DNA of 63,933 nucleotides, counting the filler, from Circinaria calcarea (lineage: Eukaryota), in assembly GCA_051942165.1 (NCBI GenBank). It is 8 parts of 8 records of this genome, joined end to end, with 100 filler letters (N's around TTAATTAATTAA, not from the genome) between each part and the next. Parts side by side here need not be neighbours in the genome. Positions count along the whole stretch, not along the records: positions 56,053 to 63,933 come from JAVECS010001223.1; 7 more parts are not named here. One strand, written 5' to 3'. The notes beneath the pieces are model-generated. The model did not search any database, was not told the DNA's origin, and was given only the letters and a program-made list of their open reading frames with translations. This document shows positions 60,269-63,933 of this stretch, piece after piece (the first letter of the stretch is position 1; each line of letters begins with the position of its first letter). The position numbers were made by a program, and so were the translations under genes.

Positions 60269-62665
60269 ATGGCCACTGAACCAGATTCACAGGGAATTGT
60301 TTACCTTCGCCCTCAGACGGGTCAAGCCATCGCGATCGTGGATCTGGAAGTCAATAAATTATACAAGCACACCGCAGCACCTCCCCTCCAACCCTCTGAC
60401 GTCCCCCTTGAAGGAATCTATGGATCAGCTCCTTCGACTCATCTCTCTCTTCGCATTAATGATGAGCTAGATCGTACCAGCGTTTCGCGCGAGAGCACTC
60501 CAGGCCTATACGCCATTCATCCGAGAGTTTGCAGGCTGGGCTTCGACACAGATATCAATCACTCCATTCGAGGGTTTGTGTTCGGATCCAGACCCGATTC
60601 CGATATCAAGATGGCATATCATGGTAAGATGTTGGCCAGCACGGAAAACTACTTTCGAATACATCACAATTTCGACAGCGGTGCTCTATTGATCACGGCA
60701 ACAAACAGAATACGGATCGGAGCTATCCGTCTTAAAAAGAACGAATCCCTACTTCTTATGGCTGACATGAGCATACACTGCGGTGATGGAGAATATAGAT
60801 CTGAATTCACTGTCGAATTTCCCGATCTGACTCGGTGTGGGAATCAACACGAACACAATTATAAAGATTACGTCGAGCGGCTTGGTGTGCCAAATGCCCC
60901 ATACATGATAACTGTTCGAAACGAGGATCCACCCATTGGATACTCTCACAGGAGCGCAGCTCTGCTCGGCAAGGGATCTTTTGGAGAAGTTCACAAAGCT
61001 GTGCACACCCGAACCGGGGAGTTGTGTGCCATCAAGCTACTTGCTCCAGGAGATCAAACTAATTCGACCGTGGATCAGTTAAAGGAGGTAAAGATACTGA
61101 GCAAACTCTCTCATGTAAGCTGCTGTAATATCAAACCTATTAGATGCACTAACATGCAGAAGCCGAACATCATTAGATATTATGACGCCTTCGAGTTCAA
61201 AGGGCAGATTTGCATCAAGATGGAATTAGCTGTTAATGACCTCCTCAAGCATCTAAATGCTAGAAAAGGTAACGGACGGACGTCCTTTTTACCCTTACGA
61301 TGCATTTGCTCCGTTGGCAGGCAGGCCCTGTTGGCGATAGAATACCTTCACGAGCATGGCGTGACACATCGCGATTTAAAGCCTGAGAATATTCTGGTCA
61401 CCCAATGGGATCCAAAAACAGACATTCCCACCATTAAACTCGCCGATTTCGGTCTGGCAAGTCTAAAGTTCACGCACGGCACCATCTGTGGCACTCCGGG
61501 TTGGCTGGCTCCTGAGATTGAAGAAGCGAGGAAGAAACGGCTCGAGATCATTGAACGAAACAAGAGAACTGGCACCAAGGCAAGGAACATCCCACCGATT
61601 CGGTATGATAAGTCGGTCGATATTTGGGCGTTGGGCAAAATCTTGAAACTACTCCTCGATGATGTTCCACCGAGCACAGTCATTCGGGGGAAGTCGATGC
61701 CGATTCACAAAGGACCACCTGTTCGCCTGGTCGGCAATATGATGCAAAGAATTCCAACGGAGCGACCGGCAGCTTGGCAATGTCTACAAGATCCTTGGAT
61801 GGTATCTGATGACTGCTACAATCCCCCCTCTATCAAGCGAGACAGGTCGCCCACACCCAACCAGTGCTCCACTCATCCACTCAAGAAGGTCCATCTAACC
61901 CCTTCTAGTCTTTCTAGTCCTGTAATTGACACCAAGGAAGGCTCAACTACAATGCTGTTAAGCGCTCTATGGCCAAATGGACAAGAGAATTGCTCTATGT
62001 CCTATAATAAAGGTTCGCGTGAGATGACCATCCCACTCAACAACAGGGGAATATCTAATTCTCCTATCGATCAACTAGACATTCCGTCGGAGTACATGGA
62101 GATTGACAGTCTCATGAAAAAGCCAGATGCAGAAGGGCAACTGATCATTAGTGCGCAACACCTCGATGAAACTGTGATGCATGACGCTTTGGTTGTTCGG
62201 AATGCTGGTGCTGTCGTGTCCCTTCTGGTCGAGCCCAACGACGCTTCTCCAACGTTGTCTCCATCAATGCGCAAGATCGCAGAAAAATTGACGGCAGCGC
62301 TTAAATGCCATGAAAAGGAGGAAGAAGAAGCCGTGCGCAGAGGTGTCAGTCAGCTGCACATCACCCCAGAACAGGTACAATATGGCGCGGAGAAATGGAT
62401 TGTGCGGGGAATTGAAGATGCACAAAACCCCAAAGATGATCAATGTCTACCAGCCATTACCATTAACGATGAAGATACCTCCGATGCCAAATTATATGAA
62501 GCGATAAGCTTGAATGATGGGAATCTCAGCATGGACCATGTAAAGGATACTTCCAGAAGCGAGAGGAGCTGGGGCAGCGAGAACAGCAAACCTGTCACAT
62601 ATCCCAGTGGAGGTGACGATGTGATGGCGGGTCTGACCTTTATGCTTCCCAGGTCGCTAGGTTGA
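60269..62665 (+). CDS. Ser/Thr protein kinase (CAMK-like) with FHA-like N-terminal region; in-frame intron from 61115
   Basis: GKGSFGEV, CAIK, KEV, HRDLKPEN, LADFG, CGTPGWLAPE, VDIWALG, ERP..CLQDPW. N-terminal GFVFGS..SDI..YFRIH resembles FHA. Probable start MATEP at 60269. Confidence 0.9.
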   Translation: MATEPDSQGIVYLRPQTGQAIAIVDLEVNKLYKHTAAPPLQPSDVPLEGIYGSAPSTHLSLRINDELDRTSVSRESTPGLYAIHPRVCRLGFDTDINHSIRGFVFGSRPDSDIKMAYHGKMLASTENYFRIHHNFDSGALLITATNRIRIGAIRLKKNESLLLMADMSIHCGDGEYRSEFTVEFPDLTRCGNQHEHNYKDYVERLGVPNAPYMITVRNEDPPIGYSHRSAALLGKGSFGEVHKAVHTRTGELCAIKLLAPGDQTNSTVDQLKEVKILSKLSHVSCCNIKPIRCTNMQKPNIIRYYDAFEFKGQICIKMELAVNDLLKHLNARKGNGRTSFLPLRCICSVGRQALLAIEYLHEHGVTHRDLKPENILVTQWDPKTDIPTIKLADFGLASLKFTHGTICGTPGWLAPEIEEARKKRLEIIERNKRTGTKARNIPPIRYDKSVDIWALGKILKLLLDDVPPSTVIRGKSMPIHKGPPVRLVGNMMQRIPTERPAAWQCLQDPWMVSDDCYNPPSIKRDRSPTPNQCSTHPLKKVHLTPSSLSSPVIDTKEGSTTMLLSALWPNGQENCSMSYNKGSREMTIPLNNRGISNSPIDQLDIPSEYMEIDSLMKKPDAEGQLIISAQHLDETVMHDALVVRNAGAVVSLLVEPNDASPTLSPSMRKIAEKLTAALKCHEKEEEEAVRRGVSQLHITPEQVQYGAEKWIVRGIEDAQNPKDDQCLPAITINDEDTSDAKLYEAISLNDGNLSMDHVKDTSRSERSWGSENSKPVTYPSGGDDVMAGLTFMLPRSLG

Positions 62666-62799
62666 AAATAGGCTCTTTTGTGAAAGTCTTAAAATTGCTC
62701 TTCGGCGTCGCCGATGCTGCCGCAGTTAAAAGAAAATAGTTCTGAGCTTGAGCTATGATCATCCAACAGCGGAGTCTGGCTGGGGGCTTTTGTGTCCAG

Positions 62800-63933
62800 C
62801 TCATCTCCCCGTCATTCCTAGGAGAACTCTCCTAGGAGAACTTCTCTAAGAAGGGCAGGATCAGGCGGGGAGCCCCGGGTCCAAAGTGGTGGCGTCGAGC
62901 GCAGGGAGCTTTTAACTCTTCCCCAAATAGAACCATCCTCGTTCGAGCTGAGCTACTGCAGCAGTGAAGGGACACGGGGCAGCGAATAAGAAGGCTCGGC
63001 TTTGTCGGTAACTCCAAGCCTTGGACCGGAGTGGTCAGGTCAGGGGAGGGCGAAGGTGAGGGATCGAGCGCGAGCAGCTCCATGCGGAAGGCGACGAAAA
63101 AATGCCTTATGCAAGAGAGGGGGGGCGCAGACCCTCGAAGGTACGAGGTGACGGCAGAAATGTGAAAGAACGTTGGAGGGAAATGGGAAAACATCGAGGA
63201 GGGGACGTTACTTATACCTTGAGAAAGCCGCGGGTCGGCCACGCGAGGCGCTTTGCCCGAGCAGGGCGCGTCAACCCCAAAGCGGGCAAGGGCGGCCCTT
63301 TCACCGAGACGAATATTATTAAATAAAATTTCTCGCGAGTTAGTCGTGCAGGGGGTTTTTCCTTTTCCGACTACGTGGAGGGCTGTTCGATAATTATCCA
63401 CAAAAGTCACACCCGCTAACGTAGCTCTATCGCATCTACCATACCTATATACCCCTTTTTCCTTCGAGGGTCTTGTAGCTAGCTAGTATTCTAGACATCA
63501 CCGGGAGAATTTTAAGAAAAAACCCCGCCTTTCTGATTGGGAGAGGGGGCGGGATTAAGGATTGAAAAGATGGGATGGGGAAGGAGTTCCAAAAACTACC
63601 TTTCTTCTTCTACGTTTTCCCGAAGGGGGGAAGAAGGGGGGTGGCGAGGGAGTCGGTAACCTATACCAATTGGAAGGGGAGGAAAGGGCGGAGGTCCGTG
63701 CGGAGGAAAAAGGAAGTAAGGGTGAATGTTCGAATAAATCGCGGGAAGGATTATATTAGTAAACCCTTTATACGTTCGAAATAAAATGATAAACCCCTTC
63801 TCAAGGGCTTTTCGTAACAGACCTAGGTCAACACGGTGGGTAAAAAAAAGGGGGGAATGGGTTCCGAAGGATTGATGGAACAAGGAATTAAAAGGAAAAA
63901 GGGATGGTTATGCGGGCGGGGGTGAGTAGAAGT
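62800..63933. pseudogene. Decayed repeat/gene relic at contig end
   Basis: Purine/pyrimidine-tract-rich, TpA-enriched sequence with broken coding-like frames and a short tandem duplication (tcctaggagaact x2). Family not identified. Confidence 0.3.

Overview
Filamentous-ascomycete (Pezizomycotina) nuclear DNA with GT-AG introns, CTRAC-type branch sites and RIP-like decay of repeats. It is not one locus. Eight contigs of steadily decreasing length (7918, 7917, 7912, 7909, 7906, 7903, 7887, 7881 bp) are joined by identical 100-bp N44-TTAATTAATTAA-N44 linkers, so linkage only has meaning within a contig. Housekeeping genes: an SLC35F-type transporter, a J-domain protein, an ABCG half-transporter, Moco sulfurase (hxB), BET3, the U5 40K WD40 protein, RRP7, malate synthase and a partial purine-cytosine permease. 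Accessory content: (i) a head-to-head pair of an AAA+ ATPase and a NACHT/STAND-like protein whose Walker A is lost; (ii) a decayed DUF3435-type tyrosine recombinase (Starship captain-like) next to an intact hAT transposon that has perfect 24-bp TIRs but no target-site duplication, cuts a neighbouring gene, and carries 12-bp repeat arrays and a tRNA-like segment; (iii) a head-to-head pair of a protein kinase and a 699-aa orphan between repeat relics; (iv) two solo-LTR-like copies of one family and several pseudogenes. Family assignments come from motif recognition by eye; no searches were run.
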